Shown here one piece after another: positions 18,115 through 26,261 of a DNA stretch of 37,692 nt. Position 1 is the first letter of the stretch. Every line of letters starts with the position of its first letter. The translations under genes were made by a program, and so were the position numbers. This DNA is from a virus (Duplodnaviria > Caudoviricetes): IMG/VR virus record IMGVR_UViG_3300020016_000163, positions 1 to 37,692 of that record; one strand, written 5' to 3'. Under the pieces are notes generated by a model that was given only the letters and a program-made list of their open reading frames with translations, was not told the DNA's origin and searched no databases.

Positions 18115-18326
18115 TACTTCTTTCTTCTTACGTAGAGACCATCACTCTTTAAAATGTAATTACCATGCTGATTGTGATGTCGCTCTACGTTATCTATCTG
18201 AACATCAACGGCTCTCCGATTGCCGCAGTTTCTTAAAGCATCCTTGTAACACACCTCACAGGAGTTCCACATCTCTTTGCCATTCATCCCGTCTAGGGTC
18301 CGCCATCTAACTTTTGGGTGTTTCAC
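18114..18326 (-). CDS. Hypothetical protein
   Basis: Operon-packed, GAGG RBS, CxxC. Confidence 0.55.
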   Translation of the reverse strand: MKHPKVRWRTLDGMNGKEMWNSCEVCYKDALRNCGNRRAVDVQIDNVERHHNQHGNYILKSDGLYVRRKK

Positions 18327-18687
18327 ACCCCACCTCCCCAGCCTTGACGCGGATTGCGTTAGCTATTGATGGACCACAAGCCCCTTGATTGTGATAGCAG
18401 GGCCATGGCTCAGCAATCTTCGCGGCGTCTAAGTAGGCTTCTTTAATCTTAGTTTGTGTCCATTCGGCCAACTCTTTCTGAGTAGTTAATACGCCTTCGT
18501 GATACGCGGCGGCTTTGGCTTCTGCCAACCATTGTTTAACCTGACTAGCCCAATGTGTTTTTAAGTGTTCCTCCAAAGCGGCGGAGAGGAGGGATTCGAG
18601 TTGCGAATAGAAAACAGGGCCATTAAGCTCTACTCCAACCTGTTTTCCTAGAGCAGCAATCTTCTCGGCCAGCTCTTTAGCGGTCAT
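18307..18687 (-). CDS. Hypothetical phage protein
   Basis: EA..DAAKIAE...IANAIR pattern common in phage small proteins; ATGA overlap. Confidence 0.65.
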   Translation of the reverse strand: MTAKELAEKIAALGKQVGVELNGPVFYSQLESLLSAALEEHLKTHWASQVKQWLAEAKAAAYHEGVLTTQKELAEWTQTKIKEAYLDAAKIAEPWPCYHNQGACGPSIANAIRVKAGEVGCETPKS

Positions 18688-18908
18688 ATGCTTTTGGCCA
18701 TCTTAGGCCGGGGCGGCTTCTCTATAGCCGCCAGCGCCTCTTTTAGCCTGGGTGATCTTGGATAAGGATTGGCATGGGCCGCTTTCGCTACGTGCCAAAG
18801 CTTTCGGATGGTGATTATCATTTCATTGACTTCATGGCGATCCGCGGCCGATAGATCATGATCATTCAGAAATTCTTTGAACCAGGCCAATTGATGTTCT
18901 TCAATCAT
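18684..18908 (-). CDS. Hypothetical protein
   Basis: GGGAG RBS; shares TI..LW.V...A with 25826..26074. Confidence 0.6.
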   Translation of the reverse strand: MIEEHQLAWFKEFLNDHDLSAADRHEVNEMIITIRKLWHVAKAAHANPYPRSPRLKEALAAIEKPPRPKMAKSI

Positions 18909-18970
18909 TTAACGACTCCCGCCTCATCCGGTCGTTGGCCCACCCACCGCCGGATAAAGAGGAGAACTCA

Positions 18971-19153
18971 TTACGGAAGATGTAAATGCGCCCCGAATAT
19001 CACCTGAACGAGCCACAGCACCGCAAACACAATGACCAGAATGTGAATCATCTTCTTTACATCTCCGTTGATCCACGGCATCGCGTCCACAGCCCACAAC
19101 AACAACCCCACAATCAATAGCGTGACAATCATCGTAATCAGCAAGCTCAGCAT
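18971..19153 (-). CDS. Two-TM small membrane protein (Thivi_2564-like)
   Basis: LLI..IV.LLIVGLLLWAV..MP.....KK.I.ILV....VLWL; AAGGAG RBS. Confidence 0.7.
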   Translation of the reverse strand: MLSLLITMIVTLLIVGLLLWAVDAMPWINGDVKKMIHILVIVFAVLWLVQVIFGAHLHLP

Positions 19154-19166
19154 TTGAATTTCTCCT

Positions 19167-19601
19167 TTAGTTTATTGCGATCTCTTTCCACTTCACTTCA
19201 GCCCCATCTAGATAAAACTCAATTAAGCGCATCGTCCATTCTTTGCGTGTGCCGCGGCCGTCCCTGCATCGTTTCCCCCAGCCCATAATCGAGAATCTGT
19301 TCCCAGCAGCAAGCATGACTGGTAAATGTGGATTTGGCGGGAATGATTCGCCCATATGCTTCCCGTTCTTTCTAATGCCACCATTTAAATAAGCCTTAAT
19401 GTGTTCAGAAACGGCTCCGTTGTCTTCACAAGCATTCACATACCAAGTGCCTTTTACGTCGTGGCGAAAGGCCCCAAGGTCAGCTAGTCCCCATGCATCT
19501 TGTCGTATATGAACCCAGGAATTCCAATGCTCAAGAATCCACACATGAAACCCTTTTTCTTCCAAATACTGCTTAGATCGCTGCAATGGGATTGATGCCA
19601 C
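19167..19601 (-). CDS. Probable PD-(D/E)xK nuclease / Holliday junction resolvase-like
   Basis: QRS..YL...GF.V...E.W......QD.WG..DL.A; likely GTG start at 19601. Confidence 0.6.
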   Translation of the reverse strand: MASIPLQRSKQYLEEKGFHVWILEHWNSWVHIRQDAWGLADLGAFRHDVKGTWYVNACEDNGAVSEHIKAYLNGGIRKNGKHMGESFPPNPHLPVMLAAGNRFSIMGWGKRCRDGRGTRKEWTMRLIEFYLDGAEVKWKEIAIN

Positions 19602-20049
19602 GTTTTTTACCGTTCCAGTAATCATTTCTAATCTTCTGGCATTTAGAACAACGTCTAGAATTTCGCCATTTACCGTCAAATTCATGGCCACGAATACAAT
19701 GTGTTTTTCGGGCATGAATCGCAGACATACTATTACCCCTGAGAATGTTTTCTCGCCATGTTACAGGCTCTAAATGTTTCGGATTTATACAATTCCTATT
19801 TCTGCAAAGATGGTCTAAGCACAATCCATCTTCAACGGGCCCATTAATGAATTCGTAAAGCATTTTATGGACTCTCCGGGGCGCACATTTACCGTTAACA
19901 GGAACAGACATAACGGCATACCCAGCGTCATTTAAAGAGGATTGCCAAATCCAACATCCATTTTCAATCAGAATCCTTTCCATAAGGGTCTCCATTAACG
20001 GTATTCTTACGCCATTAATAGAGACTCCTTTTCGCGCAGGAAATGCCAT
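19573..20049 (-). CDS. HNH homing endonuclease
   Basis: GCWIWQ..GYA..VH..YE...GP...LDHLCRNRNCINPKHLEPVT.RENILRG..KTHC.RGH. Confidence 0.92.
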   Translation of the reverse strand: MAFPARKGVSINGVRIPLMETLMERILIENGCWIWQSSLNDAGYAVMSVPVNGKCAPRRVHKMLYEFINGPVEDGLCLDHLCRNRNCINPKHLEPVTWRENILRGNSMSAIHARKTHCIRGHEFDGKWRNSRRCSKCQKIRNDYWNGKKRGINPIAAI

Positions 20050-20510
20050 TAGAACGGGATCTCATCCCCCGCTTTGGTCGTCACCAATTCACCGACAGCC
20101 TTGATTTCGCTGATCTTGTTTTTGGTTTTGCCTTTGTATTCATCGGTCACCACATAACCCAAGAACTCTTGACCAACCCAATTCTCAGAACTCACCTGAA
20201 ACTTCTTTTCCCAGGGTTGCCCGATGGTTTTTAAGAAATGAATCGCCATCCCAGCGCCCGGTTTATCTTTGGGCATGAACGTCACCGAATGAAACACCCG
20301 TTCCCCTTCAAACTCCGGGTCATCTCGCACCTCGGCTAGAATGTCCACTTTGGGATAGTTGCTTTCTTTGGTGAATCCATCTCGCGGATACGTTTCACCT
20401 GCTTTACTCACAAACGCTACAATCTCAAACTTAAACCACTTCTTCGGCAATATCCTCGCGGCTCCGCGTGTCTCTGGATCAATGCCTGTCCCGTCGAATG
20501 GAAATCCCAT
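20049..20510 (-). CDS. Phage ssDNA-binding protein (DUF669-like)
   Basis: LP...F.F.I, V..DEYKG..KNKI, acidic C-terminal DEIPF; follows Sak4-like gene. Confidence 0.75.
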   Translation of the reverse strand: MGFPFDGTGIDPETRGAARILPKKWFKFEIVAFVSKAGETYPRDGFTKESNYPKVDILAEVRDDPEFEGERVFHSVTFMPKDKPGAGMAIHFLKTIGQPWEKKFQVSSENWVGQEFLGYVVTDEYKGKTKNKISEIKAVGELVTTKAGDEIPF

Positions 20511-21400
20511 TACTTGGTTCCTCCCGTCAGTTTTTTAGTCAAGAAATCGACCGTCTTCTGAATCTTCTCCTGGGTCATCTCTTCCCAGGTATCGACATCC
20601 GCCTTGGTCAAGCACTCCGCTTCAAAGGTCTCGTCGACTTTGACAATGCCTAGAAGACGCTTAACTTCCGCGACCTGCTCCGGCGTTGCGAGGGGAATCG
20701 GAGTCGTTTCGCGCTCCAGCGCGTCTTTGCCGTAATAGATCAAGAAGTTTTTGTAACCCCACTCAAACTCCGATGGGAACTTATTCTTGCCAATTTCGGC
20801 CCGTTCCTTGCGCGTGACGGCCATCCTACGATTCTTGGCGTCCATGGTAAGTTGGAAGATGTAATCGAAGATATGTTCATCGCCACGCATGGAGTCTGAA
20901 CCTAATCCAACCTTCTTCATCCCTTCACCGTAAAGGTCTTTTTGATGAGCAGTGAGAATGACATTGAGATCACACTGGAGGAGCATTCGCATGATCGCCT
21001 TGTAGTCACTCTTCACCTTGGCCCAGTACCTAAAGCCAAAGTCTTGAAGTTCGGTTTGTTTCTCGGTGTCGGCGTATTTACTGAATATCCGTGTCCACTT
21101 CTCCTGGATGGCTCCATAGAGAATCGTCACAGGATCAATAATGATCGTGGTGAAGGGGTGCTTCTCAGTCATTAAGGCTTTGATTTCTTCTTTCACGTCA
21201 TCGGGGTTGGTCGTTTGAAACACCACCGAACCTACCTTCGCGATGGAGTCGTGATACATATCCGTTCCACGTTCCATGTCGATAATCACCGCGTTGGGAA
21301 ACCCAATCGCCGCGGTCGTCTTACCAATCCCTGCTGGACTAAACATCATCATCTTGATTCGTTTACTCTTAGCTTCTGGTGTCTTCGCTCTCAGTGCCAT
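20510..21400 (-). CDS. Sak4-like AAA ATPase / ssDNA annealing protein
   Basis: SPAGIGKTT.A, IDMERG, TIIIDPVT, NVILTAH.K, FD. Confidence 0.85.
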   Translation of the reverse strand: MALRAKTPEAKSKRIKMMMFSPAGIGKTTAAIGFPNAVIIDMERGTDMYHDSIAKVGSVVFQTTNPDDVKEEIKALMTEKHPFTTIIIDPVTILYGAIQEKWTRIFSKYADTEKQTELQDFGFRYWAKVKSDYKAIMRMLLQCDLNVILTAHQKDLYGEGMKKVGLGSDSMRGDEHIFDYIFQLTMDAKNRRMAVTRKERAEIGKNKFPSEFEWGYKNFLIYYGKDALERETTPIPLATPEQVAEVKRLLGIVKVDETFEAECLTKADVDTWEEMTQEKIQKTVDFLTKKLTGGTK

Positions 21401-21439
21401 TGTGTCGCTCCTGTTTATCGTCCTGGGGACGTTTTTTCT

Positions 21440-21667
21440 TTAAAATTCGTTTTTGGATTTACGCCAAGCGTCCACCGCATCGCGTATGCCTGATGTCAAA
21501 TCCTCTGGATGGATAACGGCATATCGCGCCAATGCGTATTCCGCCGCGTCTAAGCGATCCAGGAGGGCTTGCAATTGAGATACAGTGAAATCCATATCAT
21601 CAAAGCCATACCTAGCCGTTGGTATTTCTTCCTTCAACCGCTTCAAATTGTTATCTGAAAAGCTCAT
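21440..21667 (-). CDS. Hypothetical protein
   Basis: LKRLKE...LQALLDRLDAAE; likely start MSFSD. Confidence 0.6.
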   Translation of the reverse strand: MSFSDNNLKRLKEEIPTARYGFDDMDFTVSQLQALLDRLDAAEYALARYAVIHPEDLTSGIRDAVDAWRKSKNEF

Positions 21668-21769
21668 ATCAACTTCAAACAATTCTTACAGGTCACTTTA
21701 TCTCTCCTGACGGTCATATACTTAATCCCCTTGCTTCCACAGTAGGCTCGGCCATTAAATTCCATGTGT

Positions 21770-22021
21770 CTAATCAGGGTCATTGCGCTTATTAAGCTCG
21801 GCAATGAGGGCGTCGGCTAACGCAACAGCTCCCATAGCAACATCCCTTACTTTCCCAGCATGTACGACATCATTCTTGTGCATCAGGGCATCCCAGATAG
21901 CGCATCCCTGCATTGCCAACCCCGCAAAGTATTCGCGCTTGGTGAGGCCTGGATAGCTAATTCCTTGATCGCCTTGATTGAGTGGCAGCTTTGGAAACGC
22001 TGGATCATTCGGATTCGTCAT
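21770..22021 (-). CDS. Conserved phage hypothetical protein
   Basis: PAFP...GLTKREYFA..AMQG...AV..ADALIAEL, a widespread phage family. Confidence 0.8.
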   Translation of the reverse strand: MTNPNDPAFPKLPLNQGDQGISYPGLTKREYFAGLAMQGCAIWDALMHKNDVVHAGKVRDVAMGAVALADALIAELNKRNDPD

Positions 22022-22395
22022 TTCTTACCTTCCAGGGCTGCTCTAGCAGTGCATAATCCACAAACACAATCGTCAACGTGAACAAAATACCTATGACCAC
22101 AAGCCAGCTCTGTATCTTCAACTTGCTGAACCATATCAACCAAAGCTCCCAACGCCTCGCGCAGCCGCCTGACTTCACTTTCCGCAACCAAAGCCTTTTC
22201 CATTTCCATGCAACGGGCAGAGTGGGGGATCAATGTGCCATCGACTTCTTTCTTTAACTTCTCAATTTCCTTGGCATATGCCTCACACTGAGCGCAGAAT
22301 CCAGTCTTGCCGGAGAGCCTTGTCACTTCGGCTTCAAGTTCGCAAATCCTGCATTGCCGTTGCAGACTTCCATGCTCGCAGACTTTTCCTAGCAT
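22018..22395 (-). CDS. Cys-rich coiled-coil hypothetical protein
   Basis: CEHG.L.RQC.ICEL, CAQC, CVCGLC.ARAAL; GAGG RBS. Confidence 0.7.
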   Translation of the reverse strand: MLGKVCEHGSLQRQCRICELEAEVTRLSGKTGFCAQCEAYAKEIEKLKKEVDGTLIPHSARCMEMEKALVAESEVRRLREALGALVDMVQQVEDTELACGHRYFVHVDDCVCGLCTARAALEGKK

Positions 22396-22419
22396 CCTCG
22401 ATCCTCTTTCGGTTGGGGG

Positions 22420-23043
22420 TTATTTAAAATCAAAGACTTCCTGAGACAACCGCTTTGCCGCTATCTCGCAGTATTTTTCTTCGATCTCAATTCCAATAGC
22501 CTTGCGGCCTAGATCTTTGGCAGCTCTTAGCGTTGTTCCTGAGCCCATAAATGGGTCTAAAATTGTTGACGGTAAATCAACATCCATCTGTATACATCGA
22601 ATCATTAGATTTTTTGGTTTTTGTGTAGGGTGTTCCCTAGCGTTATCGATGTTTATGCATCTTTCTCGGTGTATTCGCGGAGCAAATTTCATATTTGTCC
22701 AGCAATACTCGCATTCCCCGAAATTAAGACCGTCATTTTGTTTGTCCCAAATTAACCATCCGAATGTTGGCCCCAAGTCGAAGTTGTTTCCGCCCCAAAT
22801 CATTGCTTTACGTCCTACCACCATAAGGGCCTGTAATGTTGCTTTGGATGGTGCAATGTCCCAATGCACATCCCCACGTCCGATATTTTTATTGAACCGT
22901 CGGATATGAGCAGACCCTTTGGATAAAATCCCATACGGCGGATCAGTCAAAACAAGATCAACCTTCGGCAGAGTCGGCAGAATTTCCCTGCAATCCCCAT
23001 GGTAAATCGTGATGCCGTTTTCTTCGTAGTACGGCTTACTCAC
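22420..23043 (-). CDS. Orphan N6-A/N4-C DNA methyltransferase
   Basis: IYHGDC, LTDPPYG, HPTQKP, ILDPFMGSGTT, IGIEI...YC..A..RL. Confidence 0.95.
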   Translation of the reverse strand: MSKPYYEENGITIYHGDCREILPTLPKVDLVLTDPPYGILSKGSAHIRRFNKNIGRGDVHWDIAPSKATLQALMVVGRKAMIWGGNNFDLGPTFGWLIWDKQNDGLNFGECEYCWTNMKFAPRIHRERCINIDNAREHPTQKPKNLMIRCIQMDVDLPSTILDPFMGSGTTLRAAKDLGRKAIGIEIEEKYCEIAAKRLSQEVFDFK

Positions 23044-23272
23044 ACTGCCTCCATTCGCTTAAAGTGTTGGCTGTGGCCGGATCGTTTCTGTCGATTCGGG
23101 ACTCTCCGCCTTTTCCCACAGCCAAATCGAGTCGGGGCGTCACGCCCACCCCCTTCAGACGCGCTTCTATCTGCTCATACGCTTGCCCTAAATCATCGAC
23201 CGAGAGATCGTCCTTATCCATGTAGTCAAATTCCCAATCGCAGATTTTTATGAACCATTCGAATTCGCTCAT
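23036..23272 (-). CDS. Hypothetical acidic protein
   Basis: Operon-packed, overlapping both neighbours. Confidence 0.55.
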   Translation of the reverse strand: MSEFEWFIKICDWEFDYMDKDDLSVDDLGQAYEQIEARLKGVGVTPRLDLAVGKGGESRIDRNDPATANTLSEWRQCE

Positions 23273-23493
23273 GCAAACCTCTGCTGCCCATTAGCATCAT
23301 CTGGCATTTGCATGACATAGAGATTGTCAGAAGGCTTCTCCGCCTTAATGCAATCGATCTGGTAGCCCTTTTTGCGGAGGTCGGCGCAGCGTGAAGCAAA
23401 TTTGTAGCCCCAGGGATGTTTGAGTGCCTGGCCTAATGTGAGACGGTATCCGTACATCTGGAAGGCCATTAATATGCGGTCGGTGTGGGTCAC
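23269..23493 (-). CDS. Small winged-HTH protein
   Basis: RIL......LT...AL....FASR.ADLR..GY.I. Confidence 0.7.
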   Translation of the reverse strand: MTHTDRILMAFQMYGYRLTLGQALKHPWGYKFASRCADLRKKGYQIDCIKAEKPSDNLYVMQMPDDANGQQRFA

Positions 23494-23630
23494 TTCCCGC
23501 AGGTCTCACATTTCTCGCGGATACATTTACCGAAAGCCTTAACAACCATCTTGTGCATATCGGCCAATTCACCTGGTGTGAGTGGAGGAGTTTTATCGAA
23601 TTCCTCTTTCGTAATTGGTGTTGAGTTCAT
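23490..23630 (-). CDS. Hypothetical protein (46 aa)
   Basis: Hand-translated MNSTPITKEEFD...CIREKCETCGK; overlaps both neighbours by 4 nt. Confidence 0.55.
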   Translation of the reverse strand: MNSTPITKEEFDKTPPLTPGELADMHKMVVKAFGKCIREKCETCGK

Positions 23631-24193
23631 TTGGCCTTCCCATGGTGAGTCAAAATCTTTTGATATTCCAATTCGTCTTGCCGTGCCTTGGCCGTTTCTT
23701 CAAACCGCGAAGCAAAATCCTTTGACGTTTGGGGTACGTCCGTAACGTCCTTTCCTGTTTGTTTAACATCAGGTACGTCAGGTCCTGTATGTTCGCTCCT
23801 GCGTGACTTAAGCGTGTCTTTAGCGTGACTTAAGCGTGTCTTCTGTCGCGCTGTAGCAACGCTTTCGATTTGCATTAATTTCTTGCTGTTATTTCGATAC
23901 TTGAGTTTCAAATATCTACCGAAATAATCCCACCAGTCATGTACACGGAGGTAAGGACGGCGATCTATGAAACGAGCTAGAAAAAGACAATCGGAGTCCA
24001 AAGGCAGTCCAAACTGGCTATTAATCGATGAAACTCCGTATTTTCTTAGATCACCATCTTCTGCGTAGCTAGTACACCACCACCAGAACCTATGAAGCTT
24101 CCCTACAGCGGTATCTTTATCCCATCCCGTAAGCTGGCAAAGATGCAAAAGCTTAGGGTGGTTTTCCATGCCCGGATGCGATTCAATCCACAT
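23627..24193 (-). CDS. Replication initiator (lambda O-like role)
   Basis: WIESH....HPK...L.......AVG.L...WWW...A.DG.L...F.D.....VHDW; internal iteron array. Confidence 0.75.
   Translation of the reverse strand: MWIESHPGMENHPKLLHLCQLTGWDKDTAVGKLHRFWWWCTSYAEDGDLRKYGVSSINSQFGLPLDSDCLFLARFIDRRPYLRVHDWWDYFGRYLKLKYRNNSKKLMQIESVATARQKTRLSHAKDTLKSRRSEHTGPDVPDVKQTGKDVTDVPQTSKDFASRFEETAKARQDELEYQKILTHHGKAK
23801..23842. repeat. Iteron array, probable replication origin
   Basis: GCGTG(A/T)CTT at 23801, 23812, 23823, 23834; exact 20-mer at 23801 and 23823. Confidence 0.75.
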
Positions 24194-24308
24194 CTATACG
24201 TCCCCCTGCCCTGTCTAAATCTCGTCTTCGTCTACCTCTTGGTTCTGTTGCTCAATCCAATAGTCAATCTGATTCTCTACGACTTCAGCGATTCCTTTTT
24301 CGTCATAC

Positions 24309-24533
24309 TTAGGCGGATTTAGCATAACGTTGTGCCTCCTTTACACGAAAATCCCGTTCACAAGCGGGGCAATCTCCTAACATCCAAACTTTCCGTCCTC
24401 TACCATCCCAATCCTTTTTAGCCGTGTCGCAGTCATTCCAAAGAAGTCTGTGATCGTTACAGTAACGGCGCTGGCAATCTCCAACGTTGCAAGAATCGCC
24501 GTGGTGGTAGTTTTGAGATGTCGAGATACGCAT
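24309..24533 (-). CDS. Cys-rich hypothetical protein
   Basis: C....C...YC..H...W..C...CPAC. Confidence 0.6.
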   Translation of the reverse strand: MRISTSQNYHHGDSCNVGDCQRRYCNDHRLLWNDCDTAKKDWDGRGRKVWMLGDCPACERDFRVKEAQRYAKSA

Positions 24534-24734
24534 TTAGTTTTTGCTCCAATCGATCGGCTGTCGGCACTTATGGAACCTGTACAAAACCCCAGCCAAGATC
24601 ATGTCGCGACGAGCACACGCAACATAATGGCGTTTCCGAGCTTCCGGGCCTTTCCAAGTTCTAAAGACTTTATATCCAAGAGCAGAAGCTTCAATCTCTG
24701 CGGCCAATAGATCTAGATTGGTTATGGGTTTCAT
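24534..24734 (-). CDS. Hypothetical protein
   Basis: Operon-packed, CxxC-like residues. Confidence 0.55.
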   Translation of the reverse strand: MKPITNLDLLAAEIEASALGYKVFRTWKGPEARKRHYVACARRDMILAGVLYRFHKCRQPIDWSKN

Positions 24735-24871
24735 AGCACCCTGCGCTTTTTGTTGAGGGGAATAAAGTTGGATTCTTTAGGGTGGTCGGGTGATCGTCTG
24801 TCGCGATAACCCAAGAAATACCCCAAAAAGAATCCAGAAGCCACCAAGGCAACAAAAATAAACCAGTTCAT
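24731..24871 (-). CDS. Small single-TM protein (46 aa)
   Basis: Hand-translated MNWFIFVALVASGFFLGYFLGYRDRR...; ATGA overlaps at both ends. Confidence 0.6.
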   Translation of the reverse strand: MNWFIFVALVASGFFLGYFLGYRDRRSPDHPKESNFIPLNKKRRVL

Positions 24872-25110
24872 CTTTTTCCGAATACGAAGTCGTCTAGGTG
24901 TTGTTTTTTATACCGATAGTGATCGCCTACACGACCCGCTAGGAGTTTTCCCCTTTTGACTAATTTCTGAACAGTCTGCCAACCCCATTTTTCCGACAAG
25001 CGTAAATAAATGGCAGCTTCTTGGTCTGTGAGATCTGCACCCGCATTGGCCAGCTCTACAACTTCCAGCAACGACAACTTAGGCTTCTTAACTTCATTTT
25101 CTGTATCCAT
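24868..25110 (-). CDS. Excisionase-like (HTH_17) DNA-binding protein
   Basis: LT.QEAA.YL.LS.....TV..L...GKL...RVG..YRY.K..LD.F. Confidence 0.85.
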   Translation of the reverse strand: MDTENEVKKPKLSLLEVVELANAGADLTDQEAAIYLRLSEKWGWQTVQKLVKRGKLLAGRVGDHYRYKKQHLDDFVFGKR

Positions 25111-25232
25111 TTTTGCCCCCCATCTCGTTCTTCCTTATATAAGCTCCAAAACCCTCTACAAACATCTTTAGGCTTTGCATGACCTTCAACTAACTTCTAG
25201 AATGTGCCTACGTTCGTAGGTTTGAAAAAATA

Positions 25233-25380
25233 TGCCCCTGACAGACTTTGTTTTCCGCTTGGGGCGGCTCGCACAAGGCGCTGTACAGGGGCAAATAAAA
25301 ACCCAGCAATAAATTTCGCCGGGTTAGAAAACGCGATCATATGAACCAGGTGCGAGTTCCATTTTTAATTTTCCCCAAGC
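25233..25380 (-). ncRNA. Structured 5' leader with c4-antisense-like layout
   Basis: Boxes at 25373-25380 and 25350-25356 are complementary to 25257-25264 and 25268-25274, which lie inside stem 25233-25240/25286-25293; hairpin 25300-25325 followed by T-rich run. Confidence 0.55.
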
Positions 25381-25429
25381 TTGTGCCTACGATTATGCCT
25401 ACTTACAGGCCTACGTCTGTAGGCACAAG
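25380..25429. repeat. Operator-like GCCTAC array
   Basis: GCCTAC at 25385, 25397, 25409 and inverted at 25419; 11-bp inverted repeat CTTGTGCCTAC/GTAGGCACAAG; further copy at 25203-25220. Confidence 0.75.
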
Positions 25430-25455
25430 ATATCAAACGTGCAATTAACTGTCAA
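25427..25455 (-). promoter_or_regulatory. sigma70 promoter for the replication/recombination operon
   Basis: TTGACA-17-TATCTT. Confidence 0.75.
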
Positions 25456-25588
25456 GCACAAAATGAAAGAAATGACGATTTTAAATCGTATCTACTTATC
25501 AATACGTTTTTACACAGTGAGGGTTGTGAAATCAAGTCATTGGCTAAGGGCTAAAGGAGGTCGTGCAATGTAATTCAAGGAGGTTGTC

Positions 25589-25774
25589 ATGGACACGTCA
25601 AAGGTGTTGGCGTACGTTGCGTTCGGAGCATTAGTGATGGGCGGAGTGCCACTTCGGGATTTACCAGATCGGGCCGAGGCGAATACCGAGGTTGCACCCC
25701 TAAAACAAATCGTCAAAGTGAAGCATCCGTTCCATTGGCCGTTCTTGGTACCTAAGACGCATTTCTCGGCCTGA
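25589..25774 (+). CDS. Small protein with hydrophobic N-terminus, opposite strand
   Basis: AAGGAGG RBS; VLAYVAFGALVMGG; followed by a plus-strand hairpin. Confidence 0.55.
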   Translation: MDTSKVLAYVAFGALVMGGVPLRDLPDRAEANTEVAPLKQIVKVKHPFHWPFLVPKTHFSA

Positions 25775-25784
25775 AACAGCATTT

Positions 25785-25818
25785 GACACCCTGAAAGCCT
25801 TGCTGCTTTTGGGGTGTC
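25785..25818 (+). terminator. Hairpin between convergent genes
   Basis: GACACCCTGAAAGC/GCTTTTGGGGTGTC, G-U pairs valid on plus strand; weak T-tail. Confidence 0.55.
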
Positions 25819-25825
25819 TTGCTGT

Positions 25826-26074
25826 TTAACGGACGCTCTTTTGGGTATGGAGGGCAGCTAGGATTTTGTCTAAGGCCTCAATATAGACCCGATGGGGAAG
25901 CCCGTCATGCCAGCGGCTCGATAAAAGCTCTGCCCCTCGCGTCACTTTCCACAGGGCTTCAATCGTATCTAACAACTCAGGAAGTAAAGATTCTACTAGG
26001 CCAGTGCATTGAAGCTTTCCATAATTGTCCCGTTCCACTTCTCGCAACAGCGCCAATTTCCTCTCATCGATCAT
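25826..26074 (-). CDS. Hypothetical protein
   Basis: GAGGAGG RBS; LPELLDTIEALWKV. Confidence 0.65.
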   Translation of the reverse strand: MIDERKLALLREVERDNYGKLQCTGLVESLLPELLDTIEALWKVTRGAELLSSRWHDGLPHRVYIEALDKILAALHTQKSVR

Positions 26075-26085
26075 TACCCCTCCTC

Positions 26086-26259
26086 TTATTCTCTAGACGG
26101 CTGACTTAGCTCACTTTCTACTGGACTTAATCGTTTATCATGCGGAATGAAGAGATAGATACCCGCTCGGATTAACCTAGCCGTGCCCCTACATTCATAG
26201 CGCCCACCAGGACAATCCCGCTTCTCGTAATAGCCCATCACGTCTTTGAATTCGTTCAT
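26086..26259 (-). CDS. Hypothetical protein (57 aa)
   Basis: Hand-translated MNEFKDVMGYYEKRDC...; fills gap. Confidence 0.4.
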   Translation of the reverse strand: MNEFKDVMGYYEKRDCPGGRYECRGTARLIRAGIYLFIPHDKRLSPVESELSQPSRE

Positions 26260-26261
26260 AA

